Shown: one piece after another, positions 51,502 through 61,973 of the stretch | Position numbering within the stretch: the first letter of the stretch is position 1 | Layout of the letters: each line of letters opens with the position of its first letter | NCBI GenBank assembly: GCA_023393115.1 | Contig: JAEWMS010000066.1 | Coordinates: 48,369-112,368, forward strand | Origin: Bacillota bacterium | GTDB taxonomy: Bacteria > Bacillota > Clostridia > Acetivibrionales > DSM-1351 | Direction: 5' to 3' | Length of the DNA stretch: 64,000 nucleotides | Made by a program: the position numbers and the translations under genes | Notes under the pieces: model-generated | Seen by the model: the letters and a program-made list of their open reading frames with translations, nothing else | The model's database searches: none | Told to the model about the DNA's origin: nothing

Positions 51502-52929
51502 ATGAAAAACGTATATGAAAGTCCATTTAATGCAAGATACGCCAGTAGTGAAATGCAGCAGTTATTTTCACCGGATATGAAATTTAAAACCTGGAGAAGA
51601 CTATGGATTGCCCTTGCTGAGGCTGAAAAAGAGCTTGGTCTTAATATTTCTCAAGCGCAGATTGAACAGCTGAAAAGCATGAAGGACAATGTCAATTACG
51701 AAGCAGCAGAACAGTATGAAAAACAGTTCAGACATGATGTTATGTCCCATGTTCATGCTTATGGTGAGCAATGTCCTGATGCCAAGGCAATTATTCACCT
51801 TGGAGCTACCTCCTGCTATGTTGGAGACAATACTGATGTTATAGTTATGACAGAAGCACTGAAGCTTATTAAAAGCAAAATGCTTATTCTTATAAAAAAA
51901 CTTTCTGACTTTGCACTTGAGTACAAGGATATGCCAACACTGGGCTTTACCCACTATCAGCCTGCACAGCTTGTAACTGTTGGCAAGAGAGCGACACTCT
52001 GGATACAGGAACTACTTATGGATTTGGAAGACCTTGACCATACAATTGAAAATATGAAGCTTTTAGGTTCAAAAGGAACAACCGGTACTCAGGCAAGCTT
52101 TTTAAGCCTGTTTGACGGTGATCATGAAAAAGTTAAAAAGCTTGAGCAGCTTATTGCTGAAAAAGTTGGCTTTAAGAAGGTTTTCGCAGTATCAGGACAA
52201 ACTTATTCGAGAAAGCTGGACAGCAGAGTGTTAAGTGTACTCAGCGGCATTGCACAGAGCGCATACAAATTCAGTAATGATATGAGACTTCTCCAGAGCA
52301 TGAAGGAGCTGGAAGAGCCTTTCGAAGAGAAGCAGATCGGTTCTTCTGCTATGGCTTACAAGAGAAATCCAATGAGATGTGAGAGAATTTCTTCACTGGC
52401 GCGCTATGTGATTGTAGATGCGTTAAATCCGGCAATTACTGCTTCAACACAGTGGTTTGAAAGAACTCTGGATGACTCTGCCAACAAAAGAATTGCAGTT
52501 CCGGAAGCTTTCCTGGCAGTTGATGCAATACTCAATATCTATATAAATGTTGCCAGCGGGTTGGTAGTTTACCCAAAGGTTATTCTCAAACATGTTATGG
52601 ACGAGCTGCCCTTTATGGCTACCGAGAACATCATGATGGAGGCTGTAAAAAATGGTGGCGACAGACAGGAGCTCCACGAACAGATCAGAAAGCACTCAAT
52701 GGATGCGGGTAAACGTGTAAAGGTGGATGGCGAGTCCAACGACCTGATTGAAAGGATTGCTGCTGATTCATTGTTTGGTATGTCTCTGGAAGCAATAAAG
52801 TCTGTACTTGAGCCAAAGAACTATATTGGTAGAAGTCCCGAACAGGTAGTTGAATTCATTGAAAATGAAGTTAAGCCTGTTCTTGAAGGTGCAGAGATCT
52901 CTGATGTACAGGTTGAACTAAAAGTATAA
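51502..52929 (+). CDS. purB: Adenylosuccinate lyase
   Basis: RHDVM, HLGATS, GFTHYQPAQ, GSSAMAYKRNP. Confidence 0.95.
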   Translation: MKNVYESPFNARYASSEMQQLFSPDMKFKTWRRLWIALAEAEKELGLNISQAQIEQLKSMKDNVNYEAAEQYEKQFRHDVMSHVHAYGEQCPDAKAIIHLGATSCYVGDNTDVIVMTEALKLIKSKMLILIKKLSDFALEYKDMPTLGFTHYQPAQLVTVGKRATLWIQELLMDLEDLDHTIENMKLLGSKGTTGTQASFLSLFDGDHEKVKKLEQLIAEKVGFKKVFAVSGQTYSRKLDSRVLSVLSGIAQSAYKFSNDMRLLQSMKELEEPFEEKQIGSSAMAYKRNPMRCERISSLARYVIVDALNPAITASTQWFERTLDDSANKRIAVPEAFLAVDAILNIYINVASGLVVYPKVILKHVMDELPFMATENIMMEAVKNGGDRQELHEQIRKHSMDAGKRVKVDGESNDLIERIAADSLFGMSLEAIKSVLEPKNYIGRSPEQVVEFIENEVKPVLEGAEISDVQVELKV

Positions 52930-52970
52930 ACTATTAGACCTATTGATGTTTAAAATATATATTTGATATA

Positions 52971-53010
52971 ATAAAAGATAGGATGTCAATACATCATCCT
53001 ATCTTTTATT
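52971..53010. terminator. Hairpin after purB
   Basis: ataaaagataggatg...catcctatcttttat. Confidence 0.7.
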
Positions 53011-53073
53011 ATTACTTACAGAAGAGAAAATTTAGTTGGTTTAACTTTGATTAAACCGGAATGGAGAGTACAT

Positions 53074-53817
53074 ATGATAAACAAGTTTAGCAGTATACCC
53101 TTATACCTACAGCTTAAAGACTTGATAATTAGCAAAATTGATAGTAATGAATATCCTCCCAACACACAGATACCCTCCGAGCAGGATCTCTGTCAAATAT
53201 ATGATATTAGCAGACCCACAGTAAGGCAGGCTATTACTGAGCTTACAAACAGCGGCTATCTCTACAAGGAAAAGGGAAAGGGCACTTTTGTATACGGGAA
53301 GAAAAATGTCATAGACATTAAAAACTACTCAGGATTTACCGATTCAATACTTGACTGTCAGGCTCCGGCTGAGAAAAACATAATTGACATTTCAATAATA
53401 GAAAGTACTTCCTTCGAAATTCTTAACAGTACCTTTAATTATAACAGCAGTATGCCTGTAGCCGTGATAACATATCTATCCTACATAAATAATCAAGCAG
53501 GTGAAGTTTACTCACTAAATAAATCCTATATTCCTATAAATCTGTTTCCTGATATTGTAGCTCAGCTGAAAAGCGGTAAATCCTCCATTGATATCTTAAG
53601 AGGTAAGTATCCACTTATACCCGATAAAAGTAAGAGTGTTCTGGAAATTGTTTTTGCCGACAATAATGATTCACCGCTGTTGAGGGTTCAACCGGGACAG
53701 CCTCTGATCAAGCTTCAGAATACTTTGTATTCAAAAAGCGGACAGGCTGTGGAGTATGTTTGTTCCAAGTACAGGGCCGATAATTGCAGACTTATGTTTG
53801 AAAACAGTAAACAGTAA
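53074..53817 (+). CDS. GntR-family regulator (HutC/UTRA type)
   Basis: PLYLQL, IPSEQDL, ISRPTVRQA, GKGTFV. Confidence 0.9.
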   Translation: MINKFSSIPLYLQLKDLIISKIDSNEYPPNTQIPSEQDLCQIYDISRPTVRQAITELTNSGYLYKEKGKGTFVYGKKNVIDIKNYSGFTDSILDCQAPAEKNIIDISIIESTSFEILNSTFNYNSSMPVAVITYLSYINNQAGEVYSLNKSYIPINLFPDIVAQLKSGKSSIDILRGKYPLIPDKSKSVLEIVFADNNDSPLLRVQPGQPLIKLQNTLYSKSGQAVEYVCSKYRADNCRLMFENSKQ

Positions 53818-53991
53818 GAATTGATAGATATAATTAGGAAATGACAATAATAACATTAATTTAAGAAAATTTTAACTAAAATGTATTTGATTCTTAAATA
53901 ATAATAAGTTAAAATATAGTTCGTTCGTATCTGTAGCTCATAGAAGTTTGCAGCTTAAGTATAACAGCGGTTGATGCAACCTGGAGGCAAA

Positions 53992-55128
53992 ATGACTAAG
54001 TATCACTTTAAAAATGAAAAGAAGTACAAACAAAGAAGAGCGCTTGTTGTTACTACAACGATTTTATCAATAATTGCAATTATTATGGCGGCATATCTGC
54101 TACTAAACAGTGATGTTCTAGCAGGTACATCCAAAACGACAGAGGCTAACACTACCGAAACGAAATCCGGTCAGTCCAAAACCTCTTCTACTGAAGTAAA
54201 TGGTGCTGATTCCACTTCAGTACCGGCTAATTCAACTGTTAAAACAGCAAACTCTACAGGTTCTTCAGCTGAGAGCAATCAATCAGGTTCAAACACTGAC
54301 AGTAAGGGTGTAACAACCAAGGAACATGGTTATCTGCCTAAAATGGGATCAGTAGAAAAAAGCGGAAAAACGAATGAGCTTAAAAAGCTTATTACAGATT
54401 ATACCTCAAAATTACCTGGGAGATACGGAGTAACATATATTGATCTTGCTACCGGAGAAATAGTCAATGTGAATGATCAGGTGGAATATATTGCTGCAAG
54501 TACCTCAAAGTTACCGATAAATATGGTATTGTTTAAGGATATTGAAGCAGGGAAAGTAAAGCTAGATGACAAACTGGTGTATAAACAGGAAGATCTTGAG
54601 TATGGTACAGGTATTATACAAAAATCACCTTACGGTACCGAATACACTGTTCGTGAAACATCAAAACTCTCTATACGGAAAAGCGATAATTGCGGAGTAA
54701 ATATGATAATCCGTCAGGTTGGTATTGAAAATGTTCGCCAGTATATAGTTGGACTTGGGGGAAAAGTATACTATGGAAAGCGTCATCGTTCCTGCCCCTA
54801 TGATATGGCTCTTGTTGCTCAGGATTTATATAAACATTACCTTGACAATGAAGAAGTTTACGGTGAATTGATTAATAATCTGGAAAATACTGATTGGAGC
54901 GACAGAATCGATGCAAAACTTCCTAAGGAAATAAAGGTTGCACACAAAATAGGAAATCAGACAAAAACAGCAAATGATGTTGGAATTGTATTTGGAAAGC
55001 ATCCATATGTTCTTTCGATCATGACTGAAGAGGTCGATTTTGGTACAGCTTGTAATAATATTGCAAGCTTGTCAAAGAAAATATTTGACTTTGAGGAAGC
55101 CTATGCCTCAAATACATCGGTGAAGTAA
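53992..55128 (+). CDS. Membrane-anchored class A beta-lactamase-like serine hydrolase
   Basis: TM anchor, Ser/Thr linker, AASTSK, SDN, HKIG. Confidence 0.85.
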   Translation: MTKYHFKNEKKYKQRRALVVTTTILSIIAIIMAAYLLLNSDVLAGTSKTTEANTTETKSGQSKTSSTEVNGADSTSVPANSTVKTANSTGSSAESNQSGSNTDSKGVTTKEHGYLPKMGSVEKSGKTNELKKLITDYTSKLPGRYGVTYIDLATGEIVNVNDQVEYIAASTSKLPINMVLFKDIEAGKVKLDDKLVYKQEDLEYGTGIIQKSPYGTEYTVRETSKLSIRKSDNCGVNMIIRQVGIENVRQYIVGLGGKVYYGKRHRSCPYDMALVAQDLYKHYLDNEEVYGELINNLENTDWSDRIDAKLPKEIKVAHKIGNQTKTANDVGIVFGKHPYVLSIMTEEVDFGTACNNIASLSKKIFDFEEAYASNTSVK

Positions 55129-55307
55129 ATAGCTTACATCACAACCCTTTAATTAGTTTTAATCTATAAAATTTACAGTCAGCCTTTAAAGCAATTTGCA
55201 GCTTATTTATACAGTGTTATATAAATAAGCTGTTTATATGTTCAGACAAATTGTAAAAAAAAGTTGTATAATGAATTATCATAAAATAAAAGGAAGTTGG
55301 TTTCTTA

Positions 55308-55940
55308 ATGGAGGATTTGATACTCAATTCTATACACAGCATTACTAATGGAAATCCTATTATTACATACATTTTTTTCTTCTTTACAGGAGTGCTCCAG
55401 TTAATTTTTCCTCCTTTCCCGTCCGATGTAATAATTATTTTCGAAGGATACCTTACTACTATAGGTTCTTATTTTCATTTCTTCCCGGTGCTGGTTGTTT
55501 CATTTTTGGGCAGTCTTGTAGGATCCATATTGGTATACTGGTTCGGATATAAAAAGGGTGACGAGGTTCTCAGATACAAACTGGTGTTGAAATATATTGA
55601 TGAGAAACATATAAAGAGGTCAGAAAAGGTTTTTCATAAGTACGGTAAGTACGGACTGATTATTAGTAAGTTCATTCCGGGAACAAGTTCAATAATGGTT
55701 CTGTTTTCAGGGGTATTCAAGGTTAAAAAAAGAGTATATTTTACTTATATAGTTTTTTCTATCATTTTACAGCAGATAATTTACCTTATGATTGGACGGG
55801 TAATCGGACACAATATAGAATATGTCAAAAACTTTCTTTCGATTTTCAATTTAGCAGCAGTAGCAATTCTAGCAGTCCTATGTATAATTGGCTTTATTAT
55901 ATATAAAATCAAAAAGAACAAGAAAAAGCAGTCTGACTAA
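55308..55940 (+). CDS. DedA-family membrane protein
   Basis: PPFPSD, GSILVYWFG, KYG...SKFIPG. Confidence 0.88.
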   Translation: MEDLILNSIHSITNGNPIITYIFFFFTGVLQLIFPPFPSDVIIIFEGYLTTIGSYFHFFPVLVVSFLGSLVGSILVYWFGYKKGDEVLRYKLVLKYIDEKHIKRSEKVFHKYGKYGLIISKFIPGTSSIMVLFSGVFKVKKRVYFTYIVFSIILQQIIYLMIGRVIGHNIEYVKNFLSIFNLAAVAILAVLCIIGFIIYKIKKNKKKQSD

Positions 55941-56302
55941 AGGGCTTTAACATAGTCTTTTATTTTTTCAAAGCTCTCTTCGCTGATAACATGCTCAATA
56001 CGGCATGCATCTTCTGACGCAGTATCATATGAGACCCCCAGAGCTTTTACTAGGTATGTTGTTATAAGCTCGTGTCTTTCATAAACCTCATTAGCTTTGA
56101 TCATACCCTTATCGGTTAATTGTATCTGACCGTCTGCTCCCATAATAATGTAATCTGATTTTTTGAGAATACTCATGGCACGGCTGATACTTGCTTTTGA
56201 ATAGCCCAGTTCTCGAGCTATATCAATTGAACGGACACTTCCGTTTTTTTTCTTTAGCAATAATATTGTTTCTAAATAATCTTCACCCGAAGCATGAATC
56301 AT
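55937..56302 (-). CDS. DtxR/MntR-family metal-dependent repressor
   Basis: SGEDYLETI, VRSIDIA, ERHE, DACRIEH. Confidence 0.92.
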   Translation of the reverse strand: MIHASGEDYLETILLLKKKNGSVRSIDIARELGYSKASISRAMSILKKSDYIIMGADGQIQLTDKGMIKANEVYERHELITTYLVKALGVSYDTASEDACRIEHVISEESFEKIKDYVKAL

Positions 56303-56400
56303 AAGGCTGACTCCTCATTGTAATTATCGTTCAGTTAATTATAGTATATACCATTAAATTTTTCAACAACAAGGATATCTTAACGAAATTGACATATATA

Positions 56401-56518
56401 TTGACAGGGGGAGTTAGCCATGGTAAACTATACCTAAGTTAGCCTTGGCTAACATGGAAATTATACTAGTTAGATGATGCTAACTATTTTTTATAACATA
56501 TAGTTAGCTTAAGCTAAC
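56401..56518 (+). promoter_or_regulatory. feo promoter with four GTTAG-N6-CTAAC-type operators
   Basis: TTGACA 56401/TAAACT 56424; boxes 56413-28 (imperfect), 56438-53, 56469-84, 56503-18. Confidence 0.8.
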
Positions 56519-56619
56519 GTTTTCTAAATTATATGTACATATCATTTAATATGTCGGGCGTAAATTTTAAATAACAGTTATTGAGGTCACAGCTATTGAG
56601 ATCACAGGGAGGAGATATT

Positions 56620-56829
56620 ATGCCGCTTACATTTGCTAGAACAGGGGAAGAAAACTTAATAAAAAAGATTGTTGGCAAGGATGAAACAAAACGATTTCTC
56701 GAAAGCCTTGGCTTTATTGTTGGAGGAAGCGTAACAGTTATATCCGAATTAGGCGGAAATATGATTCTAAGCGTTAAAAATTCAAGAGTAGCTCTTGACA
56801 AGACAATGGCAAGCAGGATTGTAATCTAG
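56620..56829 (+). CDS. feoA: FeoA-family protein
   Basis: FLESLGF..G...SRVAL. Confidence 0.9.
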   Translation: MPLTFARTGEENLIKKIVGKDETKRFLESLGFIVGGSVTVISELGGNMILSVKNSRVALDKTMASRIVI

Positions 56830-56843
56830 TAGGAGGAAACAAT

Positions 56844-57065
56844 ATGAAAACACTTAAAACCACTAATACCGGGGAGAGCGTAACAGTTATCAAGCTCGAA
56901 GGTGAAGGTGCTACCAGAAGAAGAATTATGGACATGGGAATAACAAAGGGTTCTACGATTGTTGTAAGAAAGGTTGCTCCTTTGGGAGATCCTATTGAAA
57001 TTACAGTCAGAGGCTATGAATTGTCATTGAGAAAAGCCGACGCTGAAAAAATAATTGTCGAATAA
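56844..57065 (+). CDS. feoA: FeoA-family protein
   Basis: RRIMDMG, APLGDP, RGYELSLR. Confidence 0.93.
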   Translation: MKTLKTTNTGESVTVIKLEGEGATRRRIMDMGITKGSTIVVRKVAPLGDPIEITVRGYELSLRKADAEKIIVE

Positions 57066-57135
57066 TATATTATCAATTTACTGTATCAAATTTGATTAAT
57101 TGATCAATATAATTAATCTTTATTTTTAGTCTATG

Positions 57136-57151
57136 GTTAGCATATGCTAAC
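57136..57151 (+). promoter_or_regulatory. Fifth GTTAG-N6-CTAAC operator before feoB
   Basis: gttagcatatgctaac perfect palindrome. Confidence 0.75.
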
Positions 57152-57172
57152 ACGTTATGGAGGATGTAAACG

Positions 57173-59341
57173 ATGGCAATAAAAATAGCTCTCGCAGGAA
57201 ATCCTAACTGCGGAAAAACAACTATGTTTAATGAATTAACCGGAAGTTCTCAATATGTTGGAAACTGGCCCGGTGTTACAGTTGAAAAAAAGGAGGGAAA
57301 GTTAAAGGGCCGTAAGGATGTAGTTATAATGGACCTTCCCGGTATTTATTCTTTATCTCCCTATACTCTTGAAGAGGTTATAACACGAAATTATCTTTTA
57401 GACGAAAAACCTGATGTGATTATTAATATTGTTGACGCATCTAATATTGAGAGAAATCTGTATTTGACTACCCAATTAGTAGAAATCGGAATTCCGACAA
57501 TTGTTGCGTTGAATATGATGGACGTTGTGGAGAAAAACGGTGATAAAATCAATGCAGCTCAGCTTTCAAAGGAATTGGGCTGTACTGTAATTGAGACTTC
57601 AGCGGTGAAGGGCAAAGGCCTTAAGGAACTGATCTCTGAAGCTGTTCAGCTTGCCGGCAGCGGTAAAAAGACTCAGGCGCAGCATAAGTTTGATACTGAA
57701 GTTGAAACAGCTATTAATATGATTGCAGGTCTATTAGATGTTAGGGTGAAAGATAAGTCTGAAATAAAATGGTACTCTGTCAAGCTTTTTGAAAGAGATG
57801 AGAAAGTTCTTGAAAAGCTTGGGCTTGGAGCTGATATTTCATTGAAAATCAATAATATCATCAAAGCATGCGAAGAACAGCTGGATGATGATTCTGAAAG
57901 TATTATTACCAATGAAAGGTACAATTACATCGGAAAGATCATTCATAAGTGCTACAAGAGAAGTAATAAAGGAATTACCTCTTCAGATAAAATAGATAGG
58001 ATAGTCACAAATAGATGGCTTGCTTTGCCCATTTTCTTCTCCATATTATGGGTTATATACTACATATCGATTACTTCAGTTGGAGATTTGACCATTGGTT
58101 GGGTTGAAAGCTTTTTCGGCTGGATTCAGGGTGGAGTTGAGACTGGTCTTACAAACCTCGGCGCCTCAGAATGGGCTCTGGATCTTATTGTGAACGGTAT
58201 AGTCGGCAGTATATCGGCAATATTTATATATGTTCCGCAGTTGATGATTTTATTCCTTTTCATGTCTATGCTTGAAGATAGCGGTTACATGGCAAGAGTG
58301 GCCTTCATAATGGACAGAATATTCAGAAAGTTTGGGCTTTCAGGTAAATCATTTATTCCCATGCTTATCGGAACAGGTTGTTCAATACCTGGAATTATGG
58401 CCAGCAGAACAATTGAGAACGAAAAGGACAGAAAAATGACCATAATGTTAACACCGTTTATTCCATGTGGAGCTAAGCTTCCGGTGTTTGCAATGTTTAT
58501 CGCTATGATGTTTCCGAAAGAATCCTGGGTTGGTCCGTCCATTTACCTAATTTCAATTTGCATGGTAATCATATCGGGAATTATTTTAAAGAGAACCAGA
58601 AGATTTGCAGGTGATCCTGCGCCTTTTGTAATGGAGTTGCCTAATTACAAGCTGCCTAGGCTAAAGGGTGTAGTAATCCACATGTGGGAGAAAGCAAAAT
58701 CCTTTGTTAAAAAGGCAGGTACCGTTATATTTGTAGCATGTACAGCATTGTGGATTATGCAGAATTTTAGTTTCGGCTTCGAATATGTTGGAGCTGACAG
58801 GATAGATGAAAGTATGCTGGCAACAATAGGTCACGCAATTCGCTGGGTATTTATACCTCTTGGCTTCGGTGACAGTTGGGCCCCAGTTGTAGCATCACTT
58901 ACCGGGCTAGTTGCAAAAGAAGTGGTTGTAGCAACCTTTGCATCAGTAGGTTCTGTTATTCCTATATCCTTCAGCCAGGTATCCGCCTTTGCATTTATGA
59001 TGTTTACGTTATTTGCTGCACCATGCTTTGCTGCTATAGGCTCTATGAAGAAAGAATTCGGAAGCTGGAAATCAACTCTTTTTGCTGTATGCTATCAAAC
59101 AGGGACAGCATATATAGTAGCTTTTTTGGCAAATACAATAGGAAACCTCATCTTCAAAGGAACTTCTGCAGTCGAGCCTAAAGTACTGGATATATCACTA
59201 ATGGAAACATCTGCTGAAAATGCGGTTATTAACGGCGATATAGTATTGATTGTGTTTGGTGTAATAATTGTTTTGGCTCTTATAATCGGTATTGTAGGTA
59301 AGGTCAAAGGTACAAAAAAATACGCTGAGATATCACAATAA
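57173..59341 (+). CDS. feoB: FeoB divalent-metal transporter
   Basis: GNPNCGKT, NWPGVTVE, DLPGIYSL, NMMD, EDSGYMAR, PFVMELP. Confidence 0.96.
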   Translation: MAIKIALAGNPNCGKTTMFNELTGSSQYVGNWPGVTVEKKEGKLKGRKDVVIMDLPGIYSLSPYTLEEVITRNYLLDEKPDVIINIVDASNIERNLYLTTQLVEIGIPTIVALNMMDVVEKNGDKINAAQLSKELGCTVIETSAVKGKGLKELISEAVQLAGSGKKTQAQHKFDTEVETAINMIAGLLDVRVKDKSEIKWYSVKLFERDEKVLEKLGLGADISLKINNIIKACEEQLDDDSESIITNERYNYIGKIIHKCYKRSNKGITSSDKIDRIVTNRWLALPIFFSILWVIYYISITSVGDLTIGWVESFFGWIQGGVETGLTNLGASEWALDLIVNGIVGSISAIFIYVPQLMILFLFMSMLEDSGYMARVAFIMDRIFRKFGLSGKSFIPMLIGTGCSIPGIMASRTIENEKDRKMTIMLTPFIPCGAKLPVFAMFIAMMFPKESWVGPSIYLISICMVIISGIILKRTRRFAGDPAPFVMELPNYKLPRLKGVVIHMWEKAKSFVKKAGTVIFVACTALWIMQNFSFGFEYVGADRIDESMLATIGHAIRWVFIPLGFGDSWAPVVASLTGLVAKEVVVATFASVGSVIPISFSQVSAFAFMMFTLFAAPCFAAIGSMKKEFGSWKSTLFAVCYQTGTAYIVAFLANTIGNLIFKGTSAVEPKVLDISLMETSAENAVINGDIVLIVFGVIIVLALIIGIVGKVKGTKKYAEISQ

Positions 59342-59402
59342 TAAGTACTGACAAGTTTTGATTTTACTATGTTGGAGTTGTGTTAAACAGATAGGAGGCA
59401 CT

Positions 59403-59549
59403 ATGATTGATTATATAATAGTTGGAGTTGTATGCGTTGTACTATTTTTTGCCATAAGAAAAATAATAAAGAATAAAAAGAAAGGCAGCTGCTGCGGGTG
59501 TTCAGGCTGCGAGAAGGCTGACAGCTGCGGTATAGAGAATATTAAATAA
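59403..59549 (+). CDS. FeoB-associated Cys-rich membrane protein
   Basis: One TM helix then KKGSCCGCSGC. Confidence 0.8.
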   Translation: MIDYIIVGVVCVVLFFAIRKIIKNKKKGSCCGCSGCEKADSCGIENIK

Positions 59550-59577
59550 ATATCATAGGACAATATAAAGAAGTTAG

Positions 59578-59627
59578 AAAAAAAAGCAGTATCCGGAAAT
59601 TCAAATTCAGGATACTGCTTTTTTTTT
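59578..59627. terminator. Bidirectional terminator
   Basis: A-run gcagtatcc...ggatactgc T-run. Confidence 0.85.
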
Positions 59628-59662
59628 GGTTCTACCGGGTCCTTCGAGATCGACTCAGGCTC

Positions 59663-60274
59663 TTATTTTAAAGGCTTGGTAAACAATTGGGTCCAGTACT
59701 TCACTCCGGTTTTTGAAGTTGCCTGACCGACACCGATATTAGTATAGGTTTTGCTCAGGATATTTGCCCTGTGTCCTGGTGAATTCATCCATCCCCTCAT
59801 TACTTCAGCAGGTGTCTTCTGTCCATAGGCTATGTTTTCACCTGCAGCAGAGAATCTTATACCAAAGCTCTCCATCATTCTGAAGGGAGATCCGTAAGTG
59901 GGTGAAGTGTGGGAGAAGTACCTTTTGTTAATCATATCCTGACACTTGATTCTTGCCACTTTCGAGATTTGAGCATTTAGGGTTAACTTTTGAAGACCTC
60001 TTTTTGCTCGTTCAACATTAACCAACCTTGCTACTTCCTTTTCATATTCAGAAATAGTACCCTGAGACGGTATGGTCAGTTTTTGTCCGGGTTTAATCGA
60101 TGCTGCATTTTTAATCTGCGGATTGCTTGCCATCAACTTACTTACACTTGTATCGTATTTTGCCGCTATTTTTGACATTGTGTCACCGGGCTTTACAGTG
60201 TAAGTAGTTTGAGCAAATACTACCGCTGTCAACAAACTAAAAATCAATGCTGTAGTTATTAATAGTTTTTTCAA
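59663..60274 (-). CDS. Secreted LysM + CAP-domain protein (SafA/YkwD-like)
   Basis: YTVKPGDT LysM; YFSHTSP, GENIA, WMNSPGHRANIL. Confidence 0.9.
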   Translation of the reverse strand: MKKLLITTALIFSLLTAVVFAQTTYTVKPGDTMSKIAAKYDTSVSKLMASNPQIKNAASIKPGQKLTIPSQGTISEYEKEVARLVNVERAKRGLQKLTLNAQISKVARIKCQDMINKRYFSHTSPTYGSPFRMMESFGIRFSAAGENIAYGQKTPAEVMRGWMNSPGHRANILSKTYTNIGVGQATSKTGVKYWTQLFTKPLK

Positions 60275-60565
60275 TTTAATATCACCTCAGTGCTATTATT
60301 TGAAATAAATTAATCAATATAACTAATAATTTATTGCAATTATAGAGCAATATACCATGTAACTGTCATAATTTATTAAATTAATTGTTAAGAAACTGTT
60401 TACATATAATTAACAATGGTTTAATTGACGTATAATAATTTGCATAATAGACTATTGATATTACATTCAATTGAAAGATAGTTGTAAATGAATATTATTT
60501 TTTCTTTGTTACAGTAATGTTTACCTGGCTGAGCAACCGAGGAAAAAAACGGGCATAATAGTAAA

Positions 60566-60692
60566 TACAGAGGGAGTAACGGTCTGTAGTAATACAGAGG
60601 ATACATCGTCATTACGGCTTTACAGCCCGGTATATCTATAAATCGTGAGACTCTGAAGCAAAACTTTTTGTTTTGTTTCAGAGTCTTTTTAT
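60566..60692 (+). promoter_or_regulatory. yybP-ykoY manganese riboswitch with expression-platform terminator
   Basis: cagagggagta...cgtcattac...gtgagactctg; the P1 3' strand is shared with the terminator agactctgaa...ttcagagtct+T run; precedes terC. Confidence 0.8.
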
Positions 60693-60736
60693 ATACAAAA
60701 CAATTATTAGTATAAATAACAAATGGAGGACAAATT

Positions 60737-61570
60737 ATGTCGACAAAAAAAGCACTTCTTTGGGTTTTATTCTGGATAGGCTTAGCTATGATATTTAATA
60801 CCGGGGTCTACATATTTATGGGCCAGGAAAAAGCCCTCGAATTTTTAGGAGGCTTTGTCATAGAGAAGAGTTTAAGCGTAGATAATCTGTTTTTGTTTAT
60901 CATGGTCTTCAGCAGTTTTGGTATAAGGCCGGAATATCAGAGGAGAGTATTGAACTATGGTATTGCAGGGGCTTTGATATTGAGACTGATATTTGTTTTA
61001 CTCGGAGTCACAATTGTTAACATGTTCCATTGGATGCTGTACATTTTTGGAGCAATACTTATCATCAGTGGAATTAAAATGATGTTCGGAAACGAAAATA
61101 ATGATGTAAAAGACAGTAAAATAATTAAGCTTTTGGGGAAGGTTATACCTGTCACAGACAAGCTGGAGGGAAACAAATTCTTTGTAAGGAAAAAAAATAT
61201 TCTATACGCAACTCCCTTATTTGCGGTACTGATTTTAATAGAATTTACAGATATTATTTTTGCAGTAGATTCCATACCAGCAATTTTCTCAATTACAACA
61301 GACCCGTTTATAGTATACACGTCTAACATTTTTGCAATATTAGGCCTCAGAAGCATGTATTTTGTATTGGGAAATCTTCACGAAAAGTTCAAATATGTTA
61401 AATACGGTGTAGCCTCGATTCTTACTTTTACAGGAGTCAAATTATCTCTATTGATGTTTGATGTAAAAATACCAATTGAGCTCTCATTAACAGTAATTAT
61501 ATCTATCCTTGTGTTAAGTATAATTACATCGGCTGCACTTAATCGAAAGGTTGTAAGTATTAAAGAATAA
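60737..61570 (+). CDS. TerC/Alx-family membrane protein (Mn homeostasis)
   Basis: EKSLSVDNLF, QRRVL, DIIFAVDSIPA, FAILGLR. Confidence 0.92.
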   Translation: MSTKKALLWVLFWIGLAMIFNTGVYIFMGQEKALEFLGGFVIEKSLSVDNLFLFIMVFSSFGIRPEYQRRVLNYGIAGALILRLIFVLLGVTIVNMFHWMLYIFGAILIISGIKMMFGNENNDVKDSKIIKLLGKVIPVTDKLEGNKFFVRKKNILYATPLFAVLILIEFTDIIFAVDSIPAIFSITTDPFIVYTSNIFAILGLRSMYFVLGNLHEKFKYVKYGVASILTFTGVKLSLLMFDVKIPIELSLTVIISILVLSIITSAALNRKVVSIKE

Positions 61571-61650
61571 CTACTTAATGTATTAGCGATGCTCCTTTAT
61601 TGTTTATTAAAATACTATTGACGAATTAACAAAAAATAGTTAATATAAAC

Positions 61651-61670
61651 ATATAACTAATTAGCTATAT
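61651..61670 (+). promoter_or_regulatory. Palindromic operator for the SdpR-like repressor
   Basis: atataactaattagctatat downstream of a TTGACG promoter. Confidence 0.5.
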
Positions 61671-61691
61671 GTTTATATGAGGTGACTTAAT

Positions 61692-61973
61692 TTGAATAGA
61701 ACATTTAAAGCTTTAAGTGATCCAACTAGAAGAGAAATACTAAAATTGCTGTCAGAGCGTGATCTGTCGGCAAATGAAATAGTATCTCATTTCAATATGT
61801 CTCAGCCATCTATATCAAAGCATCTGGAGATATTAAAACAGGCAGAATTGGTTACGGCTGAAAAAAAAGGACAATTTGTTATATATTCTATTAATTTAAC
61901 AGTATTACAGAGTGTTCTTGGAAGCTTTCTTCAGCTATTTGAAAAGGGAAAAGAGGAGAATGAAAATGAATAA
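61692..61973 (+). CDS. SdpR-like ArsR repressor
   Basis: FKALSDPTRREIL, SQPSISKHL, KKGQFVIY; TTG start. Confidence 0.88.
   Translation: MNRTFKALSDPTRREILKLLSERDLSANEIVSHFNMSQPSISKHLEILKQAELVTAEKKGQFVIYSINLTVLQSVLGSFLQLFEKGKEENENE

Noticed and set aside
53992..55128. Acquired beta-lactam resistance gene
   Set aside because: Anchored, linker-bearing hydrolase in a non-mobile context; beta-lactamase activity cannot be supported from motifs alone
56413..56518. Spaced palindromes resembling a mini-CRISPR
   Set aside because: 16-bp boxes with short irregular gaps over a promoter fit repressor operators
56573..56607. 15-bp imperfect tandem repeat before feoA
   Set aside because: Only two copies and no evidence of function
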